Shown here: positions 47,469-58,922 of the stretch, in pieces | Numbering within the stretch: position 1 is the first letter of the stretch | Layout of the letters: each line of letters opens with the position of its first letter | NCBI GenBank assembly: GCA_903843045.1 | Contig: CAIMOJ010000046.1 | Span: 650-64,649, forward strand | Reading direction: 5' to 3' | Source: Candidatus Uhrbacteria bacterium | GTDB taxonomy: Bacteria > Patescibacteriota > Patescibacteriia > UBA9934 > GWF2-40-263 | DNA length: 64,000 nt | Position numbers and translations under genes: made by a program | The notes under the pieces: model-generated | What the model saw: the letters and a program-made list of their open reading frames with translations, nothing else | Told to the model about the DNA's origin: nothing | The model's database searches: none

Positions 47469-49763
47469 TTAGTCGAACTTGATCGTCTGACCGGAGTAGA
47501 CCGTGCCGGACTTTAGCGGGACCCAGCCGTCATTGTCGTCGGACGGCGGAGGAGTTGGAACGACGGGGGCCGGAGTCGGTGGCTTCGGAGTTGGCGCGGG
47601 CGTCGTGACGGGAGCCGGAACCGGAGCCGGGTTACTACCAACGCTCGGCGTTGGCAGCAACGGCTTGGGAGCGACGGGTTGTTGTGGATGTGAGTTGTTT
47701 GTAATTTGTGGCGTAGCGGACGGCCTCGGCTTCGGGCTTTGCAGAAACGCCTGGGGCGAGTTCGGGCCGCCGGTGCCCTTGTTAGGGCGCTTGCGGCGCG
47801 TGTCCTTGCCTGGGACGAAGGGGCGCGGTCCCGTCGCGGCCGGGGTTGGCTGTAATTGTCGCGGAGTCGACGGAGAGCCGTGCGTCGCGGCAACCGCGAT
47901 CGGCGCGGCTGGCGTAACCGTCGGGGGGCTGTTGAGCGGAGACGACAGCATCTGAGACATGAAGTCGGTCGCGGGCGCTGGCGTCGAGACGACGGGCTTT
48001 GGCGCGACGACCACCCCTGACCCCTCTCCCACCGTCGGGCGGGATCCCGCCAACGGCGGTGACTGCCTATCAGGAGGGGAAACGTGCTTGATGACCGGAG
48101 CTGCCGGAGGCCTGGCGACTGGGGCCAATGCGGTGAGCGATACGGACGGCGCGGGACGAGGGGCCGCGACAACGGGAACGCTCTCAACCACGGTCCTTCG
48201 AGTTGTCTCAGGGCGATCTTGAGAGATCGGCGGCGGGGGCGGCGACGGAGGACGTCTCGTGTCCTTGCGGTCCTTCCCCTTCGCGCGTTCCTCCTTCACG
48301 ATCTCGATGCATTCCTCGCAGTAAATCGGACGACTCGTGTCGAGCTGAACTGCGAGCGCGATGTCCTTGTTACAGCGCGAACACTTGTAGTCGAACCTCG
48401 GTTTCTTCGCGCCCTTCGCGTCTTTTTTCTTCTGCTCCATCTCCGCGACCATCTTCCCGATGGACTCGTCGTCTCCCATCCCCGTCCACTTCATGATCTT
48501 GTCCGCGATCTCCTCGCGCGGCGTCGTGTACCGCTCGCGGCTCACCTTGATCACCTTCTCTTCCGATCCCGTCCTTTTGGCAATCGGCGGGAGCGTCTGA
48601 GCCGAGAATGGCTGGCTCGTAACGCCGTCGATGAGAAGCTTCAAATAGATGTTGTACTTGGGAAGGTTGATGATGTCCTCCGGCAAAAAGCGCGGCGCGA
48701 ACTCCGTTTCCATGTATGCGGCGTCCGGCGAACCGACGCGGAACGTAACGATCGTTCCGACGTTTCCAAACACGGCCTCGCGCACCTCGTCGGAGAGCTG
48801 GGCAATGTATTGGTGGGCCATCGTCAGGCACAGGCGGTACTTGCGCGCCTCGGATAGGATTCCGGCAAACGATTCCGTCGCGAAGTTCTGGAACTCGTCC
48901 ACGTACATATAAAAATCCTTGCGCTCGTGCTCCGGCTGGTCCACGCGTTCCATGGCCGACAGCTGCAGCTTCGTGATCAGCAGACCGCCGAGCAGGCGCA
49001 TGTTGTCCTCGCCGATGCGGCCCTTCGACAGGTTGATGATCAGGATCTTCTGCTCGTCCATCAGCTGGCGGATGTTGATGGTCGACTTTACCTGCGCGAC
49101 GATATTGCGAATGACCGAGGCGGACAAAAACTGACCGATCTTGTTCTGGATCGGGGCCACGGCCTCCTGCGCGTACTTCTCCTGGTAGCTGGCGAATTCC
49201 ACCAGCCAGAACTGCTTCACCACCGGATCCTGCACGTTTGCGACGATCTTGCGTCGGAAGTCCGCATCGGACAGCATGCGGTTGATTCCAAGCAGCGTCG
49301 ACCCCGGGTTGTCCAAGAGCGCGAGGATCGCGTTGTTCAGGATGTACTCCATGCGCGCGCTCCAGAGGTTCTCCCAAAGCTTCTTGAACACGCCCATCAT
49401 TCCGGACGCGACCAGGTGCTTCGTCTTCTCGCTGACCGTCTCCAAGATGTTGAATCCGATCGGAAAATCAAGGTCGGCCGGATTGAAGTAGATGACGTCG
49501 TTTATGCGCCAGCTCGGGATATAGTCGATAAGCCGCTCGGCCGTGTCGCCGTGCGGGTCGATGTACGCGCATCCGTGGCCGGCATAGATGTCGGTAAGAA
49601 TGAGGTTTTCGAGCAGGACCGTCTTGCCCATGCCCGTTTTTCCGATCACGTACACGTGGCGGCGGCGGTCATCGGTCTTAACGCCAAATTTCCGCATCTG
49701 ATTGCGGAAATTGGTGCGTGCAAAGTAGTTTACCTCGTTCTCGTGATCGTGGGCGTAGCTCAT
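47469..49763 (-). CDS. VirD4/TraG/HerA-like (DUF87) ATPase with CxxC-x17-CxxC domain and Pro-rich tail
   Basis: GKTGMGKT, IDPHGD, YVDEFQNF, SEARKYRL, CSRC..CEEC. Confidence 0.88.
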   Translation of the reverse strand: MSYAHDHENEVNYFARTNFRNQMRKFGVKTDDRRRHVYVIGKTGMGKTVLLENLILTDIYAGHGCAYIDPHGDTAERLIDYIPSWRINDVIYFNPADLDFPIGFNILETVSEKTKHLVASGMMGVFKKLWENLWSARMEYILNNAILALLDNPGSTLLGINRMLSDADFRRKIVANVQDPVVKQFWLVEFASYQEKYAQEAVAPIQNKIGQFLSASVIRNIVAQVKSTINIRQLMDEQKILIINLSKGRIGEDNMRLLGGLLITKLQLSAMERVDQPEHERKDFYMYVDEFQNFATESFAGILSEARKYRLCLTMAHQYIAQLSDEVREAVFGNVGTIVTFRVGSPDAAYMETEFAPRFLPEDIINLPKYNIYLKLLIDGVTSQPFSAQTLPPIAKRTGSEEKVIKVSRERYTTPREEIADKIMKWTGMGDDESIGKMVAEMEQKKKDAKGAKKPRFDYKCSRCNKDIALAVQLDTSRPIYCEECIEIVKEERAKGKDRKDTRRPPSPPPPPISQDRPETTRRTVVESVPVVAAPRPAPSVSLTALAPVARPPAAPVIKHVSPPDRQSPPLAGSRPTVGEGSGVVVAPKPVVSTPAPATDFMSQMLSSPLNSPPTVTPAAPIAVAATHGSPSTPRQLQPTPAATGPRPFVPGKDTRRKRPNKGTGGPNSPQAFLQSPKPRPSATPQITNNSHPQQPVAPKPLLPTPSVGSNPAPVPAPVTTPAPTPKPPTPAPVVPTPPPSDDNDGWVPLKSGTVYSGQTIKFD
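47631..47661. repeat. Family B element in frame (LLPTPSVGSN)
   Basis: gttactaccaacgc-tcg-gcgttggcagcaac. Confidence 0.85.
48008..48080. repeat. Family A' element with a nested second palindrome, in frame
   Basis: Reverse complement: tcccctcctgatagg[cagtcaccgccgttggcgggatcccgcccgacggt]gggagaggggtcaggggtggtcg. Confidence 0.7.
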
Positions 49764-51427
49764 ACGGGAAGGTTCGGGGGAATACCGTCGTCGACCCATC
49801 CCGGCGGCGGTCCGGGGAGCTCAACGTCGGCGGGAGGACCCATGTCAACCGCGTCGAGCCCGTCCTCGCCTTCCTCGTCGGGAGTAAACTGATGCGCGGA
49901 CGCGGGAGCCTCGGACGGTTCCATTCCAGGCAGCCGGATCTCCGGCTCCTGTGCCGTCTCATGCGATTGAACGTGCGATCCGTGATCCTCATGTGCACCG
50001 GCGCCATGCGACAATGCCACTCCGCCTTGATGCGCAGACAAAACCGGGGCGTGCGCGGAAACCGGCATGCGGGTCGGCGTCGAATGGTGGTCGACGTCGT
50101 CCGATCCGATCGGAAGCCCGACCGGCGGCTCGGCACGCTTGGCGTCGGCCTTCTTCACGAGCGGGGCCTTCACCGTGATCGACGGGAAGTGCCAGAGCGT
50201 GGCGAGTTCCTCGATGTTGAGCGTCCATGCGTCCGCGCCAATTCCCCACGATCGGTTGCGGAACGCGCGAACGAGCCGTCCTTGGCGCGCGGCGTACGTC
50301 CATGCCTGCCAGAAATAGTCGTCCTTCGGCGTGGCGTCACCGTGCAATCCGAGCGAGTTCATGTTCAGGTGCGCGAACTGGTTGAACATCCCCTTCACGA
50401 ACGCGGTACGTGCCTGCTTGTCGTATACGCCCTTCTTGCCGAGATACACCAGGCGCATCTTCGTCTTGTAACCCACCTTGCCAATCTTCTTCAGAACGCC
50501 CTCAACCTGTTCCTTTTCGGCCATCGTGATCTTGAATGCCTTCCACATGTCAGGATCCTGCGCCGGCTTCGCATGCGGATCCGCCCCCGTCGAAAAGCCA
50601 AACGCTTCCATCGCGATGTCTGCCGGGATCGAGAGGGCGTTGGTGATCAGGTTTTCGAACGCGCCCGGCGCATGTTTCTTCTCGTTTCCGAACACCTTGT
50701 TGATAAAGTCCTCGCCGGCCTTCTTCCAGTCGTTCCCGTCCGGCTTGATGATGATTTGAATCCAAAAGTGCTCGCCGACCTTCATCTTTGCCAGCTGTTC
50801 CAGAATCGGACCGAGCGGGTCCTTCAGTTCGCCGGAAATCTTATCCTCGAAGTCCGTGTAGGTGCGCAGCGGAAAGATCTCCGGTTTTTTCAAAATGAGC
50901 TCGCTTCCCCACGTGTCCCAGGTATCGTGCGGATATTCTCCCGGTGCCCAGCTCGCATAGTCCTCGACTTCCGTGATCTCCGCCTCCGGATACGCCGCGT
51001 AAATGCCCGCCTCGGCCACGTCGCGATAACGGGTCTGCGTTCGCATGTAGAACTGCACGTATCCCTCGGTAGAGACGATCTCAAACGAGAACGGGGACTG
51101 AAACTTTCCGATGATCCACTTTTCCTTCCAAGTCAGGTTGGAAAACGATCCCCAGAGGGAGGAGAACATGTTCTCGAGCGCCTTCGGCGTCTGCTCCGTC
51201 ATCGGCGGGACATCGATGGCAAGGAGACAGAATTTCAAGGACGCGTTGTACTTCTCCTGCCGCGTAACTTTCCAGATCTCCGTGATTCCCCACAGGATCA
51301 CAATCACGATAGGGATCCATCCGAACCACACGAGCAGGTCGTAAAGAACGACGTCTATCGGCTGGTTCCAAAACAGCGGGGACGAGAGGGAGTCGAAAAG
51401 GGATGCGGCGAAGAACATAGTGAGCAC
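49760..51427 (-). CDS. Membrane-anchored partner of the VirD4-like ATPase
   Basis: N-terminal TM; FSFEIVS, YAAYPEAEI..VEDY, FPLRTY and LNIEELATLWHFP motifs; ATGA-coupled to the ATPase; start uncertain. Confidence 0.75.
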   Translation of the reverse strand: MLTMFFAASLFDSLSSPLFWNQPIDVVLYDLLVWFGWIPIVIVILWGITEIWKVTRQEKYNASLKFCLLAIDVPPMTEQTPKALENMFSSLWGSFSNLTWKEKWIIGKFQSPFSFEIVSTEGYVQFYMRTQTRYRDVAEAGIYAAYPEAEITEVEDYASWAPGEYPHDTWDTWGSELILKKPEIFPLRTYTDFEDKISGELKDPLGPILEQLAKMKVGEHFWIQIIIKPDGNDWKKAGEDFINKVFGNEKKHAPGAFENLITNALSIPADIAMEAFGFSTGADPHAKPAQDPDMWKAFKITMAEKEQVEGVLKKIGKVGYKTKMRLVYLGKKGVYDKQARTAFVKGMFNQFAHLNMNSLGLHGDATPKDDYFWQAWTYAARQGRLVRAFRNRSWGIGADAWTLNIEELATLWHFPSITVKAPLVKKADAKRAEPPVGLPIGSDDVDHHSTPTRMPVSAHAPVLSAHQGGVALSHGAGAHEDHGSHVQSHETAQEPEIRLPGMEPSEAPASAHQFTPDEEGEDGLDAVDMGPPADVELPGPPPGWVDDGIPPNLPV

Positions 51428-51492
51428 AGTATAACACGGAGGGGCGAGTGGATACCAATCTATAAATCCGTTACAAAACCACGAATCAACAA

Positions 51493-51521
51493 AACGCTAC
51501 GAATAAAGTATTCGTAGCGTT
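51493..51521 (-). terminator. Hairpin after secF
   Basis: aacgctacgaata-aag-tattcgtagcgtt perfect 13-bp stem. Confidence 0.65.
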
Positions 51522-51553
51522 CGATAGCCACCCGTTGATTGGTATCCCCGAGT

Positions 51554-52450
51554 CTACTTCTTCTTCATCATCTCCCACTCCACGAGCGCCGGGCTCGCGA
51601 AGAAGATCGAGGAGTACGTTCCAACGAGGACGCCGATGAGCAATGCCAGCGCGAACGGGCGCGTGGTCTCGCCGCCGATTACGAGGATCGAGGAGAGCGC
51701 GAGAAGCACGGTCACCGACGTGTTGATGGAGCGGATGTACGTCTGCTGGATGGACTTTTCCACGATGTCCTCGAACGCCTCGCCGGTGTGGCGGGACAGG
51801 TTCTCGCGGGTTCGGTCGAAGACGACGACCGTGTCGGAGATCGAGTAACCGAGGATGGTCAGCATGGCCGCGATGAACGCCGTGCCCACTTCCCAGTGCC
51901 AGTAGTGGCCGATCACGGCGAAGACGCCGAGCGGGATGATGACGTCGTGCGCCGCGCAGAGCACCGTAAGCATGCCGTACTTCCACGAGGCGATCGGCTC
52001 GGAAACCTTCCGGAACGCCCAGGAGATGTAGAGGCCGATCAGCACGAGCGTGGTGACGAGGCCGAGCATCGCGGACTTGCGCAGCTCGTTGCCGATCACC
52101 GGGCCGATGGAATCGAACTTGTCCTCGGTAAAGTCGCCGAACTTCGTATGAAGCGTGGTCAGGACGGCCTGGTGCTGCTCCTCGGTGAGCGACGGAAGGC
52201 GAACGAGCGCGCGGTTGCCGGACGACGACTGGACCGTGACGCCCTGCTCGCCGGAATCGGTCAGGGCCGAGGTGATGTCCGCGGAAGCCGGGGTCGCGTT
52301 CACGAAGGAAAGCTCCATGAGCGACCCCCCCTTGAAGTCAATGGAGAATTCCAAGCCGAAGACGGCAAGGGCGACGAAGCTGGCGACGATCGAGAGACCG
52401 GACAGGGCGAACCACCAGCGGCGAAGCCCGACGAAAGAGAATTTTTTCAT
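51554..52450 (-). CDS. secF: Protein translocase subunit SecF
   Basis: SIDFKGG, IGPVIG, HDV, GYSISDTVVVFDRTRE and GTYSSIF motifs. Confidence 0.96.
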   Translation of the reverse strand: MKKFSFVGLRRWWFALSGLSIVASFVALAVFGLEFSIDFKGGSLMELSFVNATPASADITSALTDSGEQGVTVQSSSGNRALVRLPSLTEEQHQAVLTTLHTKFGDFTEDKFDSIGPVIGNELRKSAMLGLVTTLVLIGLYISWAFRKVSEPIASWKYGMLTVLCAAHDVIIPLGVFAVIGHYWHWEVGTAFIAAMLTILGYSISDTVVVFDRTRENLSRHTGEAFEDIVEKSIQQTYIRSINTSVTVLLALSSILVIGGETTRPFALALLIGVLVGTYSSIFFASPALVEWEMMKKK

Positions 52451-52451
52451 A

Positions 52452-54521
<2,070 letters not shown>

Positions 54522-54653
54522 AGGGGGTTACAAAGCCACAAATGGGCTACAAATCTACAAAGGGTTGACGGGCGGTAGTGTACCCTCAAGGCCCGGTTTG
54601 TCGCAAGATCGCCCTGGGGAAAAGAAAAAGCGGCCCGGTGGGGGGTCGCAGGG

Positions 54654-55086
54654 TCAGTTGACCGTGGCTTCCGGAGAACGGGTCGTCCTCGGCCGCCAGC
54701 TTTCGAGGTGCGCGTGCTCCATGTCGAGGTCGAACCAGAGGCGGCCGAGGGTGATGCCGAGCCGCTCGCGCAGCAGGTCGTACGCCTGTCCGACCTCGAA
54801 ATGGCCGGGGTATCCCATCCCATCCTCACGCTTGAAATCGCCGACATGAGGCGACCACTTGAAGCCGATGGCGGGATGGTACCTCATGTGAGCCGTCCAT
54901 CCGCCCTGTTCCTTGCAGCGGAACGCCCCGTTTCCGACGAGTCGCATCAGGATCTCCGCGACGCGGGCCGCTTCCGCCGGAGCGTCGCGCATGAGCCCGA
55001 CCTCGACGCGCTCGATGACGCTCTGCCTGCCGACGACGCGAACGCCGATGACATTCTCCCGAGCCATCCAATCCTCAAATGACATG
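54654..55086 (-). CDS. Hypothetical protein
   Basis: ORF co-oriented with neighbours; start uncertain. Confidence 0.4.
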
Positions 55087-55162
55087 GTGCCCTCCCAGGC
55101 GACGGCCACCCTAATCAAAACGGCGTCGATCGTCAACCGGCGCCGTCTGGGATTCCGATAAC

Positions 55163-56602
55163 TTACGCGACGACAACCGCGTGGTTCTTCAGCGAGCGCC
55201 AGGCTTCGACCGGCTCGGTCCCTTCCTGGATCCCGAGCGCGTTCACGAACGAGCCCGATCCCATAAGCGCGGAATGGGCCTCGAACGAGACGAACCGCGC
55301 GTGCGGGGCGAACCGCTCAATCCAGTGTCGTACGCTCTCCTCGGCGGCCTTCCACGCGTAGATCGTGTCGACGGAGGACAGCGGAACCTGCGGTCCGAGC
55401 AGATTCCCCTCCCCGCCGTAATCGACGATCTTGTGGTCGTCATCCTCCCCCACGAGTCCCGAGTGCATCAGGCTAAGCGATTCGCCAAAGCCGGACTTCC
55501 GACTGCCAGGGTCAACCGTCCGGAGGTATTCCTCCTGCTTCGCCTGGCTGATCCCGAAGGTGACGAAGGACTCGTCAAACCAGGCGATCGTGTTATACGC
55601 GCTCCAGCCGCGGAATCCTCGGTCGCCGTAGACGTTCCAAAGACCGGATCCGTGCTTCTCGTCTCCCGCCTCTCCCGTTCGGATCGGGTGTTGCCGTTCC
55701 AGTAATTCTCCGCTCGACAGAATTGCTCCCTGCCGTCCGATCGGCCATAGCGCGGCAGACCCGCTGGCATGGGAGTAATCGGAAGGACGGTACCCCGACT
55801 CGATCAGGTCGACGACCTCGTCGATGACGCGTGATTCGACGAACGTGAACTCGTCCATGTACTCCGAGATTTTATCCGGAAGAAGCGACCACGTTCCCGC
55901 GGCCTGGTAGAACTTCTCGCGGTCCGACCAGTGCCAGGCGTTGCGTCCAGGTTCCGGCCGCGCGGTCACCATGCGTTCCGGGTGGACGCTCCGCTCCGTC
56001 GCGTACATGACCTGGCATCGAAACATCGAGATTCTCCGACGGGATACGTCTTGAAGGTAATGCGTTTGAAACGATGGGAATGACGTGAACGCCCCGAGCC
56101 ATGGGAAACGGGCTCGTTCGGCTGGATCGCGCGCGCGTCGCGACAGCTCGTAGAGGAGCCCGAAGAACGGCAGGTCCTCGACATCCGGCTGCGGACAGGA
56201 TTCCTTGACGCGACCGACGTATTCGACGATCCGCGCCTGGACGGCGGACTCCATCGTCTCAGGCGTCGCCTCGACGGACGCGGCAAGCTCAGCCATCGTT
56301 CGCGCGGGAATGCCCGTGATCCGAGGCGCCTGATCCAAACGTCGTTGCAGAAGCTCTCGGATCGGCAGCGCGCCGAGCTCCTCCAGCCGCTCCCGAAGCA
56401 GACGCGCCTTCTCTTCGCGCGCAGGCCGATCAAACTCGAACTTCGTTCGCATCCATGCCCGCTTTTTCTCCCCCTGCTCCCTGCTCCCATACGGAAGCGC
56501 CTCCCACTCCGCGCGCAGGCGATCCAATTCCTCTTCGGTCGTCGTCGCGACGCTTGAAAACGCCTGACGTTCCATCGGAACTTCGCGGCCTGATTCGTTC
56601 AT
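55163..56602 (-). CDS. Hypothetical protein, possible C-terminal ADP-ribosyltransferase-like fold
   Basis: 479 aa; SHASGSAALWPIGRQGAILSSGEL pattern. Confidence 0.55.
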   Translation of the reverse strand: MNESGREVPMERQAFSSVATTTEEELDRLRAEWEALPYGSREQGEKKRAWMRTKFEFDRPAREEKARLLRERLEELGALPIRELLQRRLDQAPRITGIPARTMAELAASVEATPETMESAVQARIVEYVGRVKESCPQPDVEDLPFFGLLYELSRRARDPAERARFPWLGAFTSFPSFQTHYLQDVSRRRISMFRCQVMYATERSVHPERMVTARPEPGRNAWHWSDREKFYQAAGTWSLLPDKISEYMDEFTFVESRVIDEVVDLIESGYRPSDYSHASGSAALWPIGRQGAILSSGELLERQHPIRTGEAGDEKHGSGLWNVYGDRGFRGWSAYNTIAWFDESFVTFGISQAKQEEYLRTVDPGSRKSGFGESLSLMHSGLVGEDDDHKIVDYGGEGNLLGPQVPLSSVDTIYAWKAAEESVRHWIERFAPHARFVSFEAHSALMGSGSFVNALGIQEGTEPVEAWRSLKNHAVVVA

Positions 56603-56607
56603 AGGCG

Positions 56608-56994
56608 TTAAAACGTGATGTCTCCGTTCAACCTCAGTATACCCAAAACGATCAGAACCTGCACGAGGACGAGAATCGCCAGAACGAACTGAAACGACGT
56701 CTTGCTCGTCTTGTGTCGGAACGCCTTCATGGCAAGCAGCGCGCCGGGAGAGCCGGCGAGGAACGCGACGAACTGAAGCGTTCGTTCCGGAACGCGTCGC
56801 GACTGCGTGACGGCAAGGAGCTTGTCGAGGCCGTAGAGGACGAATGTCGCGACGTTGATCGCGACGAAAAGGACGAGGTACCATCGGTACGTCAGGTAGT
56901 GCTCGCCCGCGACGAAGCCGGCGACGATGAGGATCGTCCAGAGGATGAGAAACGGGACGTCGGGAGGTCGGCGATTTGGTTTGCGGCTGGCCAT
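56608..56994 (-). CDS. DUF1294 family membrane protein
   Basis: YGLDK..A..RRVPERTL, GSPGA and FRHKTSK motifs. Confidence 0.88.
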   Translation of the reverse strand: MASRKPNRRPPDVPFLILWTILIVAGFVAGEHYLTYRWYLVLFVAINVATFVLYGLDKLLAVTQSRRVPERTLQFVAFLAGSPGALLAMKAFRHKTSKTSFQFVLAILVLVQVLIVLGILRLNGDITF

Positions 56995-57011
56995 AGTGTG
57001 ACGAGGATGGA

Positions 57012-57458
57012 TTAAGCGCGCGCCTCGCGTTCCAGCGTCGGGCGCGCCGCGTCGAGCACGATCGCTAGGCACGAGTGAACCGGGGTCGGGAACGCGCCGA
57101 GCGGGAACCATCCGATCTCGTCCGCCTTTTCCGGCTCGCCGACCGTCGCGGACTCGCGATCGACGAGCACGACGTGGACGGCGGAAACCCAATGGCTCAG
57201 CGCCTCGCCCCCGCCGCGGAGCAAATTCTGGACGGAGGCGAGCTCCACGCGGACCGGCTCCGTCCCATACTCCTCCCGCACCTCGCGCCGCACCGCCTCC
57301 TCGAACGTTTCCCCAACTTCCATCGACCCGCCGCCGACGTCCCATCTCCCCTGCTCGTCGCGGCACGCGGCGCTTCGCTTGTGCATGAGTATATTCCCCT
57401 GCCCGTCGTGGCAGATAAAAACGACGCCGACGCCGATGTAATCCTTCCCCTTTTTCAT
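57012..57458 (-). CDS. NUDIX hydrolase
   Basis: GGSMEVGETFEEAVRREVREEYG and EPEK motifs. Confidence 0.9.
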   Translation of the reverse strand: MKKGKDYIGVGVVFICHDGQGNILMHKRSAACRDEQGRWDVGGGSMEVGETFEEAVRREVREEYGTEPVRVELASVQNLLRGGGEALSHWVSAVHVVLVDRESATVGEPEKADEIGWFPLGAFPTPVHSCLAIVLDAARPTLEREARA

Positions 57459-57994
57459 ACGCGATCGATCCGATCGCGCAACGCCGCCATCGCCAGCGCG
57501 CGGTGCGAGATCTTGTTCTTTACGTCCGCGCCAAGCTGGCCGAACGTCTGTTCGTACCCGTCCGGAATGAAGTACGGGTCGAACCCGAACGTCGAGTCGC
57601 CTGCCATTGCGGTGAGACGGCCCGTGACGACTCCCTCGACGTACTCCAGTCGTTCCCCGTCGAAGTACGCCGCACCGCACGTGGCCTTGGCGCTCCAATC
57701 GCTCACGGCCTCGCAGACGATCAGCGCCGGCTCATACCCCGCGGTCTTGGCCCAGAACTTCACGAACGGACCCGGCATTCCCTTCAGCGCGGCAATCTCA
57801 AAGCTCACGTCCTCGACGATCACCGGCCCGCCGACCGCCTCGAACGCGGCGCGGACCTTGGCGCGAACGATTTCCTCGAGCGAGAGCGACTGGATCTCCG
57901 GGATCTCAACCGTCGACGAAGTCATCTCACGTCCGGGAAACATCGTCTGCAGTTCCCTCAGCTTGTTCGGATTTCCCGTGACGATCGTGATCAT
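57455..57994 (-). CDS. Ham1/RdgB non-canonical purine NTP pyrophosphatase
   Basis: TGNPNKLRE, EIQ, VEDVS, PGPFVK, FGFDPYF and KNKISHR motifs. Confidence 0.92.
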   Translation of the reverse strand: MITIVTGNPNKLRELQTMFPGREMTSSTVEIPEIQSLSLEEIVRAKVRAAFEAVGGPVIVEDVSFEIAALKGMPGPFVKFWAKTAGYEPALIVCEAVSDWSAKATCGAAYFDGERLEYVEGVVTGRLTAMAGDSTFGFDPYFIPDGYEQTFGQLGADVKNKISHRALAMAALRDRIDRV

Positions 57995-58454
57995 AGGGCT
58001 CGGCATGATGAATGAAGGACTTTCTGTAGTGGACAAGGAACTGCAGCACGGCGAGGTGGATGATGAGCAACGATACGAATCCGATCCCGGGATGCGTGAC
58101 GAGACGGTAGACGTTCGGCGGAAGCAGCACGACGAGCAATCCGAGCAACAGGTAATATCCCCACGACTTTCCGCGAAGAAACCCGATTCCACCCGCAACC
58201 TTCACCGAGCCGAACGCGATCAGGATCGCGGTAAAGACACCCTTTCCATGCAGCACCGACGGAAGGTGGTCCTGGACGAACCGGATGATCATATCCCGCG
58301 AATCCTCCCCAAGCTCCTCCGCCATCAGACGGTCCGCGATGTGCTCCAGCCCGCTCGCGGACAACATCAGCAGCGCGACGCCAAGCACGACCTCTACGAG
58401 GCCCGTCGAAATCTCATAGATCCCGATCGCAATGCGCTTGGCGCGTATGGTCAT
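57927..58454 (-). CDS. DUF2127-like membrane protein
   Basis: Four TM segments, GLVEVVLG and EELGEDSRD pattern; 3' end overlaps the Ham1 gene by 68 nt. Confidence 0.6.
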   Translation of the reverse strand: MTIRAKRIAIGIYEISTGLVEVVLGVALLMLSASGLEHIADRLMAEELGEDSRDMIIRFVQDHLPSVLHGKGVFTAILIAFGSVKVAGGIGFLRGKSWGYYLLLGLLVVLLPPNVYRLVTHPGIGFVSLLIIHLAVLQFLVHYRKSFIHHAEPYDHDRHGKSEQAEGTADDVSRT

Positions 58455-58918
58455 ACCAATTCTTTCACGTCCGCCAGCACCTCGTCGGCGTGGTCGGCCG
58501 GCTTGACGTCCTCGTAAATCTTCGCGATCTTGCCGTCCGTTCCGATCAGAAACGACCAGCGCTTGATGCCCATGTACTCGCGGCCCATGAACTTCTTCTT
58601 GGCCCACACGCCGTACGCGTTCACGACCTCCTTGTCCTCGTCGGCCAGGAGCGTGAACGGGAGCGTGTACTTCTCCGCGAACTTCTTGTGCTTCGCGACG
58701 GAATCCACGCTCATTCCGAGCACAACGACGCCGGCCTTCCTGAACTTGCTCCAACTGTCGCGAATCGTGCACGCCTCGACGGTGCATCCCGGAGTGTCGT
58801 CCTTCGGATAAAAGTAGAGAAGGACGACCTTGCCGGCGTAATCCTTGAGGGCGTGTGCCTTTCCGTCCTGGTCCGGGAGAGAGAAGGCCGGGGCTTTGTT
58901 TCCAACGGTCAATGGCAT
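58451..58918 (-). CDS. bcp: Peroxiredoxin Q / BCP
   Basis: YFYPKDDTPGCTVEAC motif. Confidence 0.95.
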   Translation of the reverse strand: MPLTVGNKAPAFSLPDQDGKAHALKDYAGKVVLLYFYPKDDTPGCTVEACTIRDSWSKFRKAGVVVLGMSVDSVAKHKKFAEKYTLPFTLLADEDKEVVNAYGVWAKKKFMGREYMGIKRWSFLIGTDGKIAKIYEDVKPADHADEVLADVKELV

Positions 58919-58922
58919 AGGG

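Noticed and set aside
47469-49763. Conjugative element or HerA-type defence system
   Set aside because: No integrase, relaxase, nuclease partner or att sites; the context is housekeeping.
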